From NCBI RefSeq assembly GCF_004010195.1, contig NC_057718.1, positions 42,090,296 through 42,154,295 on the forward strand: 64,000 nucleotides of DNA, read 5' to 3'. Below the pieces are notes generated by a model. The model saw only the letters and a list, made by a program, of their open reading frames with translations, did not search any database and was not told where the DNA came from. Of this stretch, positions 26,072-39,419 are shown piece after piece. Position 1 is the first letter of the stretch, and every line of letters begins with the position of its first letter. The position numbers were made by a program, and so were the translations under genes. Source of the stretch: Chiloscyllium plagiosum (taxonomy: Eukaryota).

Positions 26072-26513
26072 TCATCGAAAACAAAAGCAAGGAAATGATG
26101 TTGAAAGTGTGAAAGGCATGTGCTAGACCTGGGCATCACTATATAGGAATGATGTGAATGGATTGAGAGTGTCCAGAAGAGATTTACATAAAATGTAGCA
26201 GGGATGAGAGAATTCCGTTATGGGGACAGATTGGAGAGGGGTTGGGAATATTCTCATTGGAGAGAGGGTGACTGAGGAGATATGTGATATAAGTTTTCAA
26301 AATTATGAGTAGGGCTGGGTAGAATAGATATGGAAGAACATTTTCCTCTCTTAAAGGGGTCAAGATCAAAAGATCACCGATTTGAGGTGATTTCCAAAGC
26401 AAGCAAGTGTAATGTGAGGAAAATAATTAGTTTGAGTCTGGAATGCACTGCCTGAAAGTGGGGTGGAGGCAGGTTCAAATGAGGTATTCATGAGGGGTTT
26501 CAATTCAAATAAT

Positions 26514-26661
26514 TGAATTCAGGAACAGGAGAATCAACGTTTCGGGCACAAGCCCTTCTTCAGGAATCTGTTCCTGTTCCTTGGATGCTGCCTGACCTGC
26601 GCTTTTCCAGCAACACATTTTCAGCTCTGATCTCCAGCTTCTGCAGCCCTCACTTTCTCCT
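26514..26661. mobile_element. Inverted short PLE pLTR insertion with hammerhead core
   Basis: Reverse complement of 26531-26568 is GATTC-CTGAAGA-AGGGC-TTGT-GCCC-GAAACGTT-GATTC; perfect 11-bp TSD ATTCAAATAAT at 26503-26513 and 26662-26672. Confidence 0.88.
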
Positions 26662-28198
26662 ATTCAAATAATGTGCCAGGGTGCAGAGAAAAGTCAGGAG
26701 AATAGCATTAAGTCATGATGCTCATTTGGAGAGCAGGTGCAGACAAGATGGGCTGAATAGCTTCCTTTTGCACTGTGATTCTGTGAGTATAGGCATTCAC
26801 ACATTTTTCATTGAGAGGGTTACATTATACTATTGATACCAGGATTTTCACAAACATTCTATTTAGGATGGCATAATATTTACAGCCTAGAAATAGGCCA
26901 TTTGGCTTAAATGGTCGATGCAAGTGTTTATATTTTCACAAGTAGGTATGCAGATTGTGAGAAAATTCTGTCAGTTTTACAGGAGTTTGCTTTCTTGCTT
27001 CCATGGTAACTTTTTTTTAAAGATCTTAATTGGAGAAAGAAGAATAGAGTGATACTGATGCATCTAAACTTTTGACATCGATAGCTGTTGATGTTAGTAG
27101 TGAAGAGAAAACTAATTTAACTAACTGTGCGTAATGAACAGATAGATTCCCAATTGCCTTTGCCCAGTGGGAAAATACTGCTCCTCTGGGCTGACTGCGA
27201 ACTGTCAATGTGAACATGATAACCACGTTGGAGAGTGGGAAGGCTGCCAATATTAAAATTTCTATCAGCAAGATGTGCATGTTACAAGAGAGTACTTTTT
27301 TCTACAAAGCTTTTAAATAACAAACATTATTGCAAAGTTTTAGGTGAATTTTTGAAATGACCATAGCATAAAAAAGACTTATGAATTAGCTTAATTTAAA
27401 ACATTAAAATATGTAAAGGGTTTTTAATGTAAGAAAATATATTCTTGACATGTGGTGGCACTCGTGAATCATCAATTCTTTGTGCTATGAACAACAGTGG
27501 AATGTTATAAGAACAAAGGAACAGAAGGAGGGGCATTCTGGCTTTCAGCTTGTTCCACCATTCACTTGGATCAGTGAAACTCACTTGGACATATTTATAG
27601 ACATGCTGGGGGAAGGGTGGGTAGGTGATGTTTGTCAAATAATCTGGAATTGCTTACTAAGGTAGACTAGTTATGTGCTGGCAGGTAGGAATGGAGTGTG
27701 ACTACTACCACGCATGGCATGTCGTCGGCTAACTTTTCAACTAAGAGAGGAGTCTGCATTGAAGAGGCCTGCATGAGAGTGAGCAGGAGGATTGCTAGTT
27801 CAATGCACAGTTAACAGGGATGGTGATGGATGTCAGGTGAATTCATCCTTCTTCAAGACAGAGGAAGATTTATTTTAAAATATTAAAGTACTACATACTT
27901 AATCTCAAAGAGTATCAGTTACTTTAAAATCATTGTTGGCATAATCTTTATGGACAGCATTTTCATACTGTGCATTCTACACAGTATCTTAATTTAGATT
28001 TGTAATTTAAGTTCAGTCTTATCATTTCAGTTTCAAAATTATCCATTAACCTAGCTTCAACATTTTTTGGGGGAGAAAGTTCTATATTCCTCCTGACTAT
28101 TTATTTGAAGAAGTACAATTTCACAACTCTCCTGAATGGTTTAGCTCTAATTTTGGAGTTAGACACCCCGTTCTGAACTCCTCCACTTGAGAAAATAG

Positions 28199-28222
28199 TC
28201 TCTCTCTCTCTCTCTCTCTCTC
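28199..28222. repeat. (TC)n microsatellite
   Basis: Direct reading. Confidence 0.95.
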
Positions 28223-29869
28223 GTAGCTAGGGAACACTAGCTTCTTGTTGAACCTCTGCTGTCTTTGTGAAGATAGTGCTCCTGTGAAGATGATGTTAGA
28301 TAATTCAAGGATTTTAATCTACAGGTGATAAAGGACCAGTCTGAATATTGTGTATCTCGGTGCTAAATTTGAAAATGATATAATGATCTTGCCGCAGTTG
28401 TCCTTTTTTGGTGATCATGGAGCTGGAAGTCATTCAAGCATAAAGTAAGTCTGGTGATTCTTTTTGCACTACATCGTGTAGATAGTACACAAATCTAGCG
28501 CAATGCATGAGTGGCAGACAGGATGAATACCAGTTCAGTAACAGGACCAATAGTTAAGTGGACATTTCCTGGTTGACATCTGTACCCACTCAGGCAAGAA
28601 GCCTATTAGACCCTTGAATTGTGCTTTGAATGTAACAGAGATAGTGAAGCCAACCAATCCAGATTGTCCATCTCCAGCTTCCTTTTATAACCATTACTTT
28701 GTTATGGCTGGTTCAGTTAAACACCTCATTAAAGGTGGTCCCAGGGATGTTAACAGTGTGCATCTTATCAATGGTAGTGTCACTAAAGGTCCAGAGAAGT
28801 GGTTGAGCCTTTCCTTAATAGAAATAGATATTGTCTAGCTCACCTGCCATTCGTTAGCCTGTGCCTGGATGGCATCAAGTTTCTCCTTTAGGTTTTCCCT
28901 TACATGACAGGGAACTGTGATTCCCACAAGCTCTTGTCCACACAAACAATATGAATTTTCACTGGAATCTTTGCAATTATTCAGCCTGTGTTGTATGTTC
29001 TCTATTGGAAAACCTGAATATTAAGGTCCATATCATGAGAAACTTTACCTGTAGCAACTGTCATATTGTTATCATTTACCTCTGCTACACCTTCCTAACT
29101 TGCTGCTATCCAGCAATACATATTTTTCACCGATTGTTTATACGTGTGCTGCCAATAAATATCAATGCACATGATAAAGCAAGATGCTGTATTGATACTC
29201 CTTTTTAAATGAATTCTGATGACTGTCCATCTGAACCTCCCTGCTCTGTGAAGAGAGACAACAGACAAGAAGACCACCGTATCTATTTAACTACAATAAC
29301 TATTGGGTGTTCATGCGCAATGTAACATATGATAGAATATTTGATTAAAGTACCGCATTTCATTTGCTTTGCACATCAATTCAATTTTCTCAGATATAAT
29401 CTTTTAAATAACTACCAATCCTTTTCATTTCACAATTCTTCTTTCATATTCTGTATGGTTACCACAGGTAGGGCCAATTATCTAATCTACTGGGCACTCC
29501 TGCTATTGTGTGTCAGTTTTGCTTTTAAACATAAATAAGTGTAGATTAAGTCAGGGTGATTCTGCTCATGATTTTTTCTGTAGTACTTTCTCTTTCCTTT
29601 AAAGTACATGCATTGTCATTTGTATGAGCTTGTAATTTCATTTGCACTATTTCCCTTGCTATTTCCTCTGAACATTTCTTTGTCTACAGAAAATGTTTCA
29701 TTAACAATGACTGTAACAATATTCATTTAAATTTGATTCCACATCTAATTCCTGTTGTAATTTTGACCTATGTTAATTACTGCTCTCTTTCGACTTCTCC
29801 TTGCCTTTCCATTAGTCCAAGTTCACATATTCTGTACTATATTGCTTTGCACCTTGACTCAAAGCCATG

Positions 29870-30640
29870 TTATAAGAATATAAGAAATAGAAGCTGAGAT
29901 AAACCATACAAGCCCTCAGGCCTACTCTGTCATTCATGACTACTCTTTTGCCTCAACTGCCTTTCTGTACGCTCCTCATACACCTTGATAAAACTAAAAC
30001 CAAAAGAATACTATTTCCAGCCTTATGGTCGGTTCAGCTTTCCCAGTCATCAGGGATAGGCAACTCCAAAGATGCACAAAACTCTGAGTCAGGAAATTTC
30101 TCCTTATCTCATTTTGAAATGATCAACACCTGATATTGTGTTCCTGATTTTGCAGCCAGGGAAAGCGATCTCACATTGTCTACCCGTCAATCTCCTTCAG
30201 TATCTTGTGTGCTTTAATAACACTGTAGGCCTAACTTACTCAACCACGCACCAAAGGACAGATAATCTAATGAACTTTCATCTTACCTCCTTCAGTGCAA
30301 GTACTATCCTCTGTAAATATGAAGTCCACAACTGCATATTGTACTCCAGACCTAGGCACATCACAGCCTTATTCAATTGTAGCAAGACATTTTTCTTCTT
30401 GTACTTCAGTTTCCTTGTAATTGAGGCCAACATACAATTTGCTTTTGTTATTGCTTGCTATATTTGAGTGCTAACTTTTTCTTCCCTACACGCATTTATC
30501 CAGGTCTGAAAATCAACATTTAAAAGGTTTGTGTCCTTTAAAAAATATTCAACTTTCCTATTCTTACTATCAAATTGAATAACCTTACATTTACCCATGT
30601 TATACTCCATCTGTTTTTGTGTGCCACCTTGCTGGACCAG
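29870..30640 (-). mobile_element. Decayed CR1 3' portion
   Basis: QMEYNMGKCKVIQFDSKNRKVEYFL; tail ataagaatataagaaatag. Confidence 0.75.
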
Positions 30641-31489
30641 TAAGCTATTCCCAATTCCATGGACACTAAGCAATTAAAAATTGCTTTACAAATTGGCTGC
30701 AGAATCATTTCTCAACATGTTATGCAGAAACCATCACTGAATGAACAAACTTTTTTTTTGGCATTTATATTGTTTCAGCTAGTTACTTGAAAAACCATGT
30801 AGAAACATTATATTGATATACTTTGGATTTTTTTTATTATTCCCAATACTAAAATCCTTTTTAAAAAAAATTCCCTGAAGAACATTCATCATGCTTATTA
30901 TTTGTTTTGTAAGTCTTTAACATCTGGAAAAAGACAGTATTTTACCTTGTTTTGAAAAACAGAAAATATGGCTCAAAACTTTGTAAACCAGAATTCCTTT
31001 CTTTTATTTTTAATTGCATATCCCTGGAATATTTTGTGTTTATTCCCTTCCCCCCAACATCAGTTCTAAAAATGCAGTCTCTTGTACCCAGAGCAAGATC
31101 TCTTCACTATTGACCCTAACCACCTCTTTTCTGCTTGAAAAAACGAGTACAAAGACAGCACAGCAAAATAGACCCATGGAGGAGAATGGTATTCTCAGAC
31201 AATGTTATGGGATGGTAGAAGTGTATTAGGCGATCCATTTTAGAATGATCCATGCCGAGTGCTGTCAGCTGTTGAAGCTTTCTTGCCTGCAATGATATTC
31301 TGCATCAGAAGGTTTTTTTATTCAGAGGTCAGATTTAGAATTGTAAGAGATTAATCTGATAAGGGCAGTGCTGTTTCTAATCGGACTGATGGGAAAAATG
31401 CAGTAGTAAGGTGAGAGTCAATGCCGGGTGAATTATTGTGGCGTGATGGACTACCTTGGAGCTTGAGTAATCAAAGAGATAGCACTCAC

Positions 31490-31591
31490 ATCCAAAATTA
31501 CTGTGGCGTTTTTATTCATCAACAGTCTGTCCAGCTTTGTGTATGGCTGCTGCTCAGCTCCCATACAGAATAAAGCACTCAGAATTATTTT
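31490..31591 (-). CDS. Candidate 102-nt internal exon (phase 0-0), KIILSALFCMGAEQQPYTKLDRLLMNKNATVILD
   Basis: Acceptor atttaattttag and donor GAT|gtgagt; only frame 0 is open; non-repetitive context; no homology recognised. Confidence 0.25.
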
Positions 31592-33198
31592 CTAAAATTA
31601 AATCTCAATAGGGGTTCAGCTTGGGTTCACCTTTTCACTCTCCGAAATTAAAGTACATTTATTCTCAACAGTGGTCCAGTCTTTAATTTAGAAAGAATCC
31701 ACAAAAGTACAGCAGAACCATTTCACAATCATTTCTCCAAGGAACACATGTTCTGAAAATGAACTTTTTTTGAAGTAACATTCCGATAATAAGTGTGGTT
31801 TTAATCAATGATAAAAGCAATTTTTTTTGTTCTCAAAAATTTAGTCTACTGTTAATAAATTCTATAATCTTTCAGAACTTTGACCCGGATAAGGAGAGTG
31901 ACTCAATATAATTTTAGCAATAGCAGGCGTATGTATATATAGTCGGCATAGTATTCAAAGGTCAACCTAACACATAATTTACTCATTTTGCTCCAAATGT
32001 CAGTTTGTATTAACCCTTTGCATGCTACAATGGTATTTGTGAACCAGAACAACTTATACAAAATTGTTACAAATTTTGTCAAACACGTCTATCCAAAATA
32101 TTAATTTCCTTGTTTCCCCTCTGATTCCCGAACATCTTAAAATATTTATTTAAGGTTATAATTTTTGTTTTGACCCAGAAAATACTTCTATACCCAGACA
32201 AAGATTAAAGTATACAACACTACAGTTTATGGAAAAACCTATTTTTGAAAAAATAATGTGAGAGAAATAATTTGATGAAATTTATAAAGATCTTCCAGCA
32301 TTTAGGAGATTCCCCAAAGATGGTCAAAGACATGCCAGCAGTACTGCAGCAGTCAGAGACCAGTTTATTTCTTGTTGATTTCTTTAACAGTTCAGGATAA
32401 AACATACATGTAAATCATTAGTGCATAAGCATGTCACACAAGTAGAAGAGCTAAACATATCTATTTCTGCAAACATATTGCTGCAAGATCTATCATTTAG
32501 AAAAAATATTTAAACTGCTACAATAGAGATCATTAACACCTTTACAAGGATAGAAAAGCTGTAAAATGAACTGTAGATTAGTTATATGCTCGCATTGTCA
32601 TCAAAATCCAACTAATTCTAGATCAATTGCAATAATATTCATCAAATTATTAATGTAACATTGTTTTAATTCTCCCAACAGTAAAAATATTAAATTTTGA
32701 ATAGATGCAATTTAGATACCATTAACAGATTGCCATGCACACAATATTTTCAATTTTGTTTTGTTAATATCATTTAAAATATGCAATAATTTTGAAGAAA
32801 GTAGATAAATAGAAAAATGTAATAATTCTGCAACAGATTCTACAAATTCAAAAATAGTTGCACTTAAATCAACTCTTACACTAATTGTATTATGGTGAGA
32901 GATTCAATGGCTTTAAATACTAAGAAAAATTGAAAAGAAAAAGAATTTCACTATTTATAAACCATACACAAAATTAACACATTCAAAACAAAATATTACT
33001 ACATGAATCACAGGTGCATTGCTAGTATATTTTTAATAGATTAGTACATTTTCTGTAAGATAGTATTAATACTGGAGAGTTTAAATTTTTTTCATTACTC
33101 CAATGGTGCTCATGTATCAAAAATGAATTAAACAATTGCTTTTCCTATCACATTATATAGCAAGAAGTGTAACAGAATCTCCATCGTCCTTAACATAC

Positions 33199-33270
33199 TT
33201 GTCCAGCTTTGGAATATGATTTTTGTAACTTCTCAAAGAGATGAATGGATTTAAAGACAGTTCTGAACGG
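33199..33270 (-). CDS. Candidate 72-nt internal exon of an unidentified gene
   Basis: Acceptor attttattttctctttctag and donor CAA|gtatgt; two open frames (PFRTVFKSIHLFEKLQKSYSKAGQ or RSELSLNPFISLRSYKNHIPKLD); AT-rich repeat-poor flanks. Confidence 0.4.
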
Positions 33271-34255
33271 CTAGAAAGAGAAAATAAAATACTTTAATCA
33301 AGGTAGCATCTCTGTCTATTTTAAAGATGGTGTTAACTGCAAGGACATAGAAATTTCATTTATAATTGTTCAGAATCTACTTGACTAATTTAGTGATAGG
33401 ATGAAACAAAAAACATTGACAAAGATAAGCATACATCTGAAACATTTCTCACAACATCTTTCCAATAAAACAAGCCATTATATTTGTTTTTCATTGATAT
33501 AAATTTGAAATTTTTTTTCCTGCTGTATAATACCTTCACATTAAATTTTGTTTCATAAATTTTCACTTGAGTACATGTGCATTTTAAAATTATTCTTTTC
33601 AAAAATTATAGTGAGTCCCACATCGTAAACTCCTGAAGAAGAAGTTGGGGAGAAAGGAAAAAAAAAGAAGAGAAAATGTTTTTTGATGTTCTTCTGTACA
33701 GCATTTTCTACACACAGACACTAAGGGCTTAAATTGCATCTTGATGGCTAACAGTAGATTTAAAATGGTTTGGGTAATTGGCCAAGATCTGGACTTACAA
33801 TGAAGGCAAAGGTTAAGTCAGTTATATAGGAAAAAGATAACAGACAGACTGAAAATGTGTCTTACAACTCCAAATGTTTTGCATTTTCTAACAAAAATTG
33901 CTTTTACACTACCATATGTGTCAGGATAATTGACCTGCAGTATATCTAGAACTGCATTCCTCTAATCCTCCTGATCTCTAGGCCAAACAGAAAATACTAC
34001 ATAAAAATGGGGCTCCATACAGTGGCCCTAGCCAGAGTGGGAGCTAATTGGGTTATTCCTGGTCTCTCTGTGAAGATGAACATCCGAATTTAATGGAGGG
34101 AGCAGTTTGAATCCTTTGGTGAATCAGGAAATGGGGAAAAAAGAAATTACTGCTTGGGAAAATTACCACAGAATGTTAGCTTCTTTTTCATTGATCTCAC
34201 ATCCATCTTCCTGCCATGTCACAAATCCTCCCCTTGTTTTAAGTTCTGAAATAGG

Positions 34256-34755
34256 NNNNNNNNNNNNNNNNNNNNNNNNNNNNNNNNNNNNNNNNNNNNN
34301 NNNNNNNNNNNNNNNNNNNNNNNNNNNNNNNNNNNNNNNNNNNNNNNNNNNNNNNNNNNNNNNNNNNNNNNNNNNNNNNNNNNNNNNNNNNNNNNNNNNN
34401 NNNNNNNNNNNNNNNNNNNNNNNNNNNNNNNNNNNNNNNNNNNNNNNNNNNNNNNNNNNNNNNNNNNNNNNNNNNNNNNNNNNNNNNNNNNNNNNNNNNN
34501 NNNNNNNNNNNNNNNNNNNNNNNNNNNNNNNNNNNNNNNNNNNNNNNNNNNNNNNNNNNNNNNNNNNNNNNNNNNNNNNNNNNNNNNNNNNNNNNNNNNN
34601 NNNNNNNNNNNNNNNNNNNNNNNNNNNNNNNNNNNNNNNNNNNNNNNNNNNNNNNNNNNNNNNNNNNNNNNNNNNNNNNNNNNNNNNNNNNNNNNNNNNN
34701 NNNNNNNNNNNNNNNNNNNNNNNNNNNNNNNNNNNNNNNNNNNNNNNNNNNNNNN
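34256..34755. other. Assembly gap (500 N)
   Basis: Exactly 500 N, consistent with a fixed-size scaffolding join. Confidence 0.99.
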
Positions 34756-35016
34756 ATAATCTGGGGAAGGGTGGGGGTTTTGGGTACACCCCTCTGTAGA
34801 GCTCCAGGGAAAGTGTGGGGAGAGAGAGAGAGAGAGAGAGAGAGAGGGTGGGAGGTCAGTCAATTGGAGACGGTGTCTGTTTAATCACTGTAAACAAAAG
34901 ACGTGATCACTGTTGGAAACATGTCTTTGATGTAATGTTTATATCAGGACCTCGAGATATCCTTCGGATAATCCAATTTTCGAATAATTGGTATTCGGAT
35001 AATCGAGGTACCTCTG
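34756..35016. mobile_element. Right end of a Tc1/Tigger-type element related to 3549-3707, with an internal (GA)n tract
   Basis: Ends CGGATAATCGAGGTACCTCTG followed by TA; left end is lost in the gap. Confidence 0.7.
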
Positions 35017-36369
35017 TAATGAGGGTCTGAAACTGTCCCTGCAGTGTTAGAATTACAATTTTTAAAAGTAGATGTAAATACTGTTGAGTGTGAAGAAAGT
35101 TTTTTGAACTGCCAAGCTGTGAAGCTATTTAAAGCCCTAACCTTTAAATGTTTTCAAAAAAAAAGCTGCCTGTGCCTGTGAAAGGTAAAAAGAAACCTGA
35201 CAATAATAGTTTGTTGATATTATGCTAAGGCATCCTTTTTGACAGTATTACTGCTTGACTGTTTTCAATAAATTATCTTGTTAGCTTAACGAGCATCCAA
35301 ACTACATAGCTGATTGATTCCTTAAAAAGTTTATTAAAGAATTAGTTATTGTTGATGTGGGGTTATGAATACAAGTCTGTTTGTTTCTATAAGATGGTAA
35401 ATAATTAAGGGGGTTTAGAAGTTTTGAATTGGGTTCCATGAATATGATAAATGTGATAGAAATATATTTTATTTCATTCAGAATTACTCTTGAGGTCTGT
35501 GCTTGGTCACAATGCCATGAAGGGTGTAAGGCTAAAGGGTGATGGGTAAAGTAGTGCGAGTTGTCAAAAATTGGTATGGGGCAATAAGGTTAGGAGACCT
35601 GGAGGATAGGAGCACGCTGGGTAGGTGAGAGGTATACATTTTAGTGTAAGTTATGAGGGACTACTGAAGATGGTTGGGGAGCAAGCAGTGGTATGAGTTG
35701 GCATGGATGGGCAATGGACAGTGATTGGGAGGTGAAGGGGCCTGAAGATAAGGTTTGAGAAACTAAAATTATGCAAAAAAAATGAATGAAACCCCCAGAG
35801 TAACAAGGCAAGCTTTTTGAACAGACCGTCTCAACACTTAGTCAGCCTCTGTGTGCCAAACCCTTGACCTATACTCGGGGATAGTACATTCAGTTTCATC
35901 GCACACACACCCCACTCCTACTCAAAATGAAGATCACACCAGGGAAGCTTCTCCTGTGGTGGTTTGGCAAGCCAGGAAATTTCCCAACTTGTGCTACCCA
36001 CCTGTGGAGCAAATATCCTGGCTTGAGAAACAATCCTAAAAGATCAGGTAACATCATAAACTAAAATTCTCCATGGTCTGGTTGAAAACAATTATCAGGA
36101 AGTGGGTCCAAACATCAGTACTAAATTTTGCCAGGAGCTGACTCCTAAATAGATGCCAATGAGCCATCCAATTAAGTATAGAGAATGGTTCTCGACACTG
36201 ATGACCGCTGCTGAGGCTGCATGGAAAATAAGGTGGAGTCTCCATTTTGAGATGTCTTCACAGGGAAGGAAGAAAATAACATTTTTGTTGGAGTCAAGCA
36301 AGAATGGTGATCGGGGGGTGGGGGCACGGTGGGATGAATTATGCAGCAGCAATTCTTGTTATTTTATCA

Positions 36370-36950
36370 GCTTCTCTGCCCCCTATCCTGTCCTGCCATC
36401 CAAAGGCTGGCAAAATCTTGCACCTGAGGAGTTGAGAGATGTGTTGGAGCAATCAAGCTGGAGCCATCACTGTACATGTGAAAATTAACACCATGGTTTT
36501 CAATGAACTCTGAAGGGGCAGCATATAGATGAGAAATAAATGGGGCTAAGGATAGATTGCTAGGGGAGTGCAGAGTTAGCGATACCAGGAGAGGAAGCCT
36601 TAGCAAAAGATTCCAAATCAAGATTTGATAAATAAGAATAAACCAGGCAAGTAGATTCCCACTCAGCTGGAGAACTATGGAGGAAGATGTTCTGGCCAAC
36701 CTTGTCAAAGACTGCAGATACATTAAACAGGACAAAAAGAGCATGGTTAACTTTAACACGGTCATAGGATGTCACTTAGGTGCATTTTTGATATTATGGC
36801 AGCAGTAGGAACCTAACCGGAGGGATCCAAGCATGGAGTTGTGAAATAGATAAGCATGGTTTGGGTGGCAGAAACATTTAAAAGGCTTCAGAGAGAAAAG
36901 GAAAGTTGGAGATGAGGGGTAGTTTGCAAGAATGCCGGAGTTCAAGGTTT
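36370..36950 (-). mobile_element. L2-clade LINE RT fragment
   Basis: LFVLFNVSAVFDKVGQNIFL and LAPFISHLYAAP...HGVNFHMYSDG resemble L2 LDLSAAFDTVDH and FHMYADD motifs. Confidence 0.75.
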
Positions 36951-37524
36951 TTAAGAAGAGGGGACCAAGGGGATGGTCACCCTTCCTCTCATCTTTTTTT
37001 GATAACTGCCAAATAATTTGGCATATTTCATAGACACTTCTGATCCAGCAGTTGAAAATTAACGTGCCAGAAAATCGCTTGTTTCACTGAAGTTTGTTAA
37101 AAGTAAATGAGTGAAATAGCAGTTCTTTGCCCCAAATCTTTGTTTTGTACAAATGTAATATTTATCATTAATGTAGGACATTCAACAGGAGAGCTATAGC
37201 TTGCAAGTGCACCTTTGAGAGTTACACAATTGATTTGAAATCTTCCATTCGACCATGTATGTGACGGAATACATTTGAGGAGAACCTGAGCTGAAGGACA
37301 AATGAAACACTTAGCTTGCAGGCAGCCAGTGTCAAGTAATGTGTACCATAGAAGTAATACTTGAGTGGGTTATGAATACCATCACTCTGTAGCTTTCAAG
37401 ATTCTTAGTACACACAAAGTGAAACAGTTACTTAGAAAAATTAAACTAAAATGATGGAAAACTTTGCTAACAAGTTTAAAGCAACCTCAGCACTGCATAT
37501 TGTAAACTTTCAGTATCTTTTTGT

Positions 37525-37832
37525 ATATTTATTCACTGGCTAGGCCAGCATTTATTGCCCGTTTCAGAAGGCAGTTAAGAGTCATTGCTGTGGGTCTGGA
37601 GTCACATGCAATCCTGACCAGGTAAGGATAGCAGGCTACTTCCCTAAATGACATTGGTGAATCAGATGGGTTTTTTTCAACAATCGACAATGGTTTCATT
37701 ACCATCATTAGGCTCTTATTTCCTGATTTTTATTGAAGTCAAGTTGTGGGTTTCAAACTTCGGACCCCAGAACATTACCTGATTCTTTGGATTAATAGTC
37801 CAGCAATAATGCCCCAAGGCCACCACCTCTCC
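37525..37832 (-). mobile_element. tRNA-headed SINE-like repeat (same family as 43983-44350)
   Basis: Shares ggccagcatttattg...attgctgtgggtctggagtcacatg...accaggtaa...caatcgacaatggtt with the 44-kb copy. Confidence 0.7.
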
Positions 37833-38599
37833 AGTATGCCATAATACTCATGGTGAAATTGTATAACATCAGGTAGTACCATTAAGATATTAATATTTTG
37901 CTTCTGATGTACACTATGGCACTGAAATTGCATTTGATTTCTGCTGATATTTCACCAGAGACCAGCAGGATCTTCCCAGTCCATGGTCCATTTCTTACAT
38001 TTATCATTACATGGTAGCTATGGAAATCACAAGGAGGTTCATCAGGTCTCCTGCTGCAACATCTATCATTAAATCATTTCCCTTTGAGTTCCAGCTGTCT
38101 TTTATCAACATTGGGATGCAAAAACATGAAAATCAATGGGGATTTCCAAGCCACAACATTTATTACTGTAAAGGATTTTGACATTTATTAACTATTTGAC
38201 TATTCCAATAATCATCACTACATCAGTATTGAGTGTAATATATACAGAGGGCTGACTATAATCTTCTGTCTCTAGAAAATAGGTAGAACTCATCATATTA
38301 GGCAATAATAAAGCAACTCCTCTGGTAAAAATTGGGAAAAATAAATGTTCCAGTTTAAATTCTACATATAACGCAGAAGGTTAATGTACAGGCTGTGAAG
38401 CAATTTTCACTTCTTTCTGATTTCACTTCTACATATTAGAACATGAGGACAAAAAGGAACAGAAATGAGCCATTCAACTTTTCAGCCTTTCATGTCCAAT
38501 CCACATAAATAGATAATGGCTAATCTTCATCAGTTACATCCTCCCAGCATCTACCCTATCAAACCCTTTAGGAATGTCATATATTTTAATGAAATCATA

Positions 38600-39230
38600 C
38601 ACGTGTATGAATCTATGAATTTAGGAGCAAGTGCAGGCCATTAGATCCATTGAGCCTGCTCCACCATTTAATATAGGATCATGGGTGATCTGTTTATTGT
38701 ACATTCCCACCTACCCTGATGACCATTCACCTTTTTGTTTAACAAAGAATATACCAATCTCTGCCGTAAAAACATACAAGAACTCTGCTTACATCATCTT
38801 TTTGAGGAAAAGGATAGTGAAGACTTACAGGGAGAAAATGAGGACTGCAGATGCTGGAGATGAGAGTCAAGATTAGAGTGGTGCTGGAAAAGCACAGCAG
38901 GTCAGGCAGCATCTGAGGAGCAGGAAAATCATCGTTTTGAGCAAAAGCCCTTCATCACGAATGAATGTAAAGATTTACAGCCAACCCCACTGACACCTGC
39001 CCCCAGGGTGAAAACAATCTCTTCTCTGCTTTAAATGGGCAACATCTTATTTTTATAGTGACTCTTAGTTCCTGATTCTCCATATTCAACCAGTCAAGAC
39101 TCCTCAGGTTCCTATATGTTTCAATCAAGTCACTTCTTGCTCCTGTAAACTCCAGTGAATACAAGCTAAGTCTGCCTGACATTTCCTCATCTGGTGATCT
39201 ATCCTTTCCAGGTATTAATCCAGTAAAACA
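38600..39230 (-). mobile_element. Decayed CR1 3' end with nested pLTR
   Basis: RLSLYSLEFTGARSDLIETYRNLRSLD; 3' UTR caggccattagatccattgagcctgctccaccatt. Confidence 0.75.
38831..38966 (-). mobile_element. Short PLE pLTR insertion with degenerate hammerhead core
   Basis: ggagaaaatgaggactgcagatgctggag...gcaaaagcccttcatcacgaat; TSD gt(g/a)aaga(c/t)ttacag at 38817-38830 and 38967-38980. Confidence 0.82.
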
Positions 39231-39419
39231 GCACTCATTCTTCTATACTCTAGGGAATATAGACCCTGTCTACTCAATCTGACCCCAAAGCACTTTTTTT
39301 TTCATCCCAGAAAAGCCTAGTAACTTTTTATTATACTCTGTAAGGATAATATTATACTTTTCATGGGAAGCGTATATCATAGGTAATAGCTCAATAGTGC
39401 AAAGGTGAACAGAAATTGC

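Larger units (their letters stand above)
22690..26790 (+). mobile_element. Old CR1 ORF2 (APE to RT to 3' UTR) with nested younger insertions
   Basis: Remnants ELQAHIALWEYDVVAI, AEVLNEYFASVFT, KFADDTK; 3' UTR gatgggctgaatagcttcc. Confidence 0.75.

Noticed and set aside
34107..34863. Three long ORFs (208-230 aa) in the ORF track
   Set aside because: They are artefacts of translation through the N gap.
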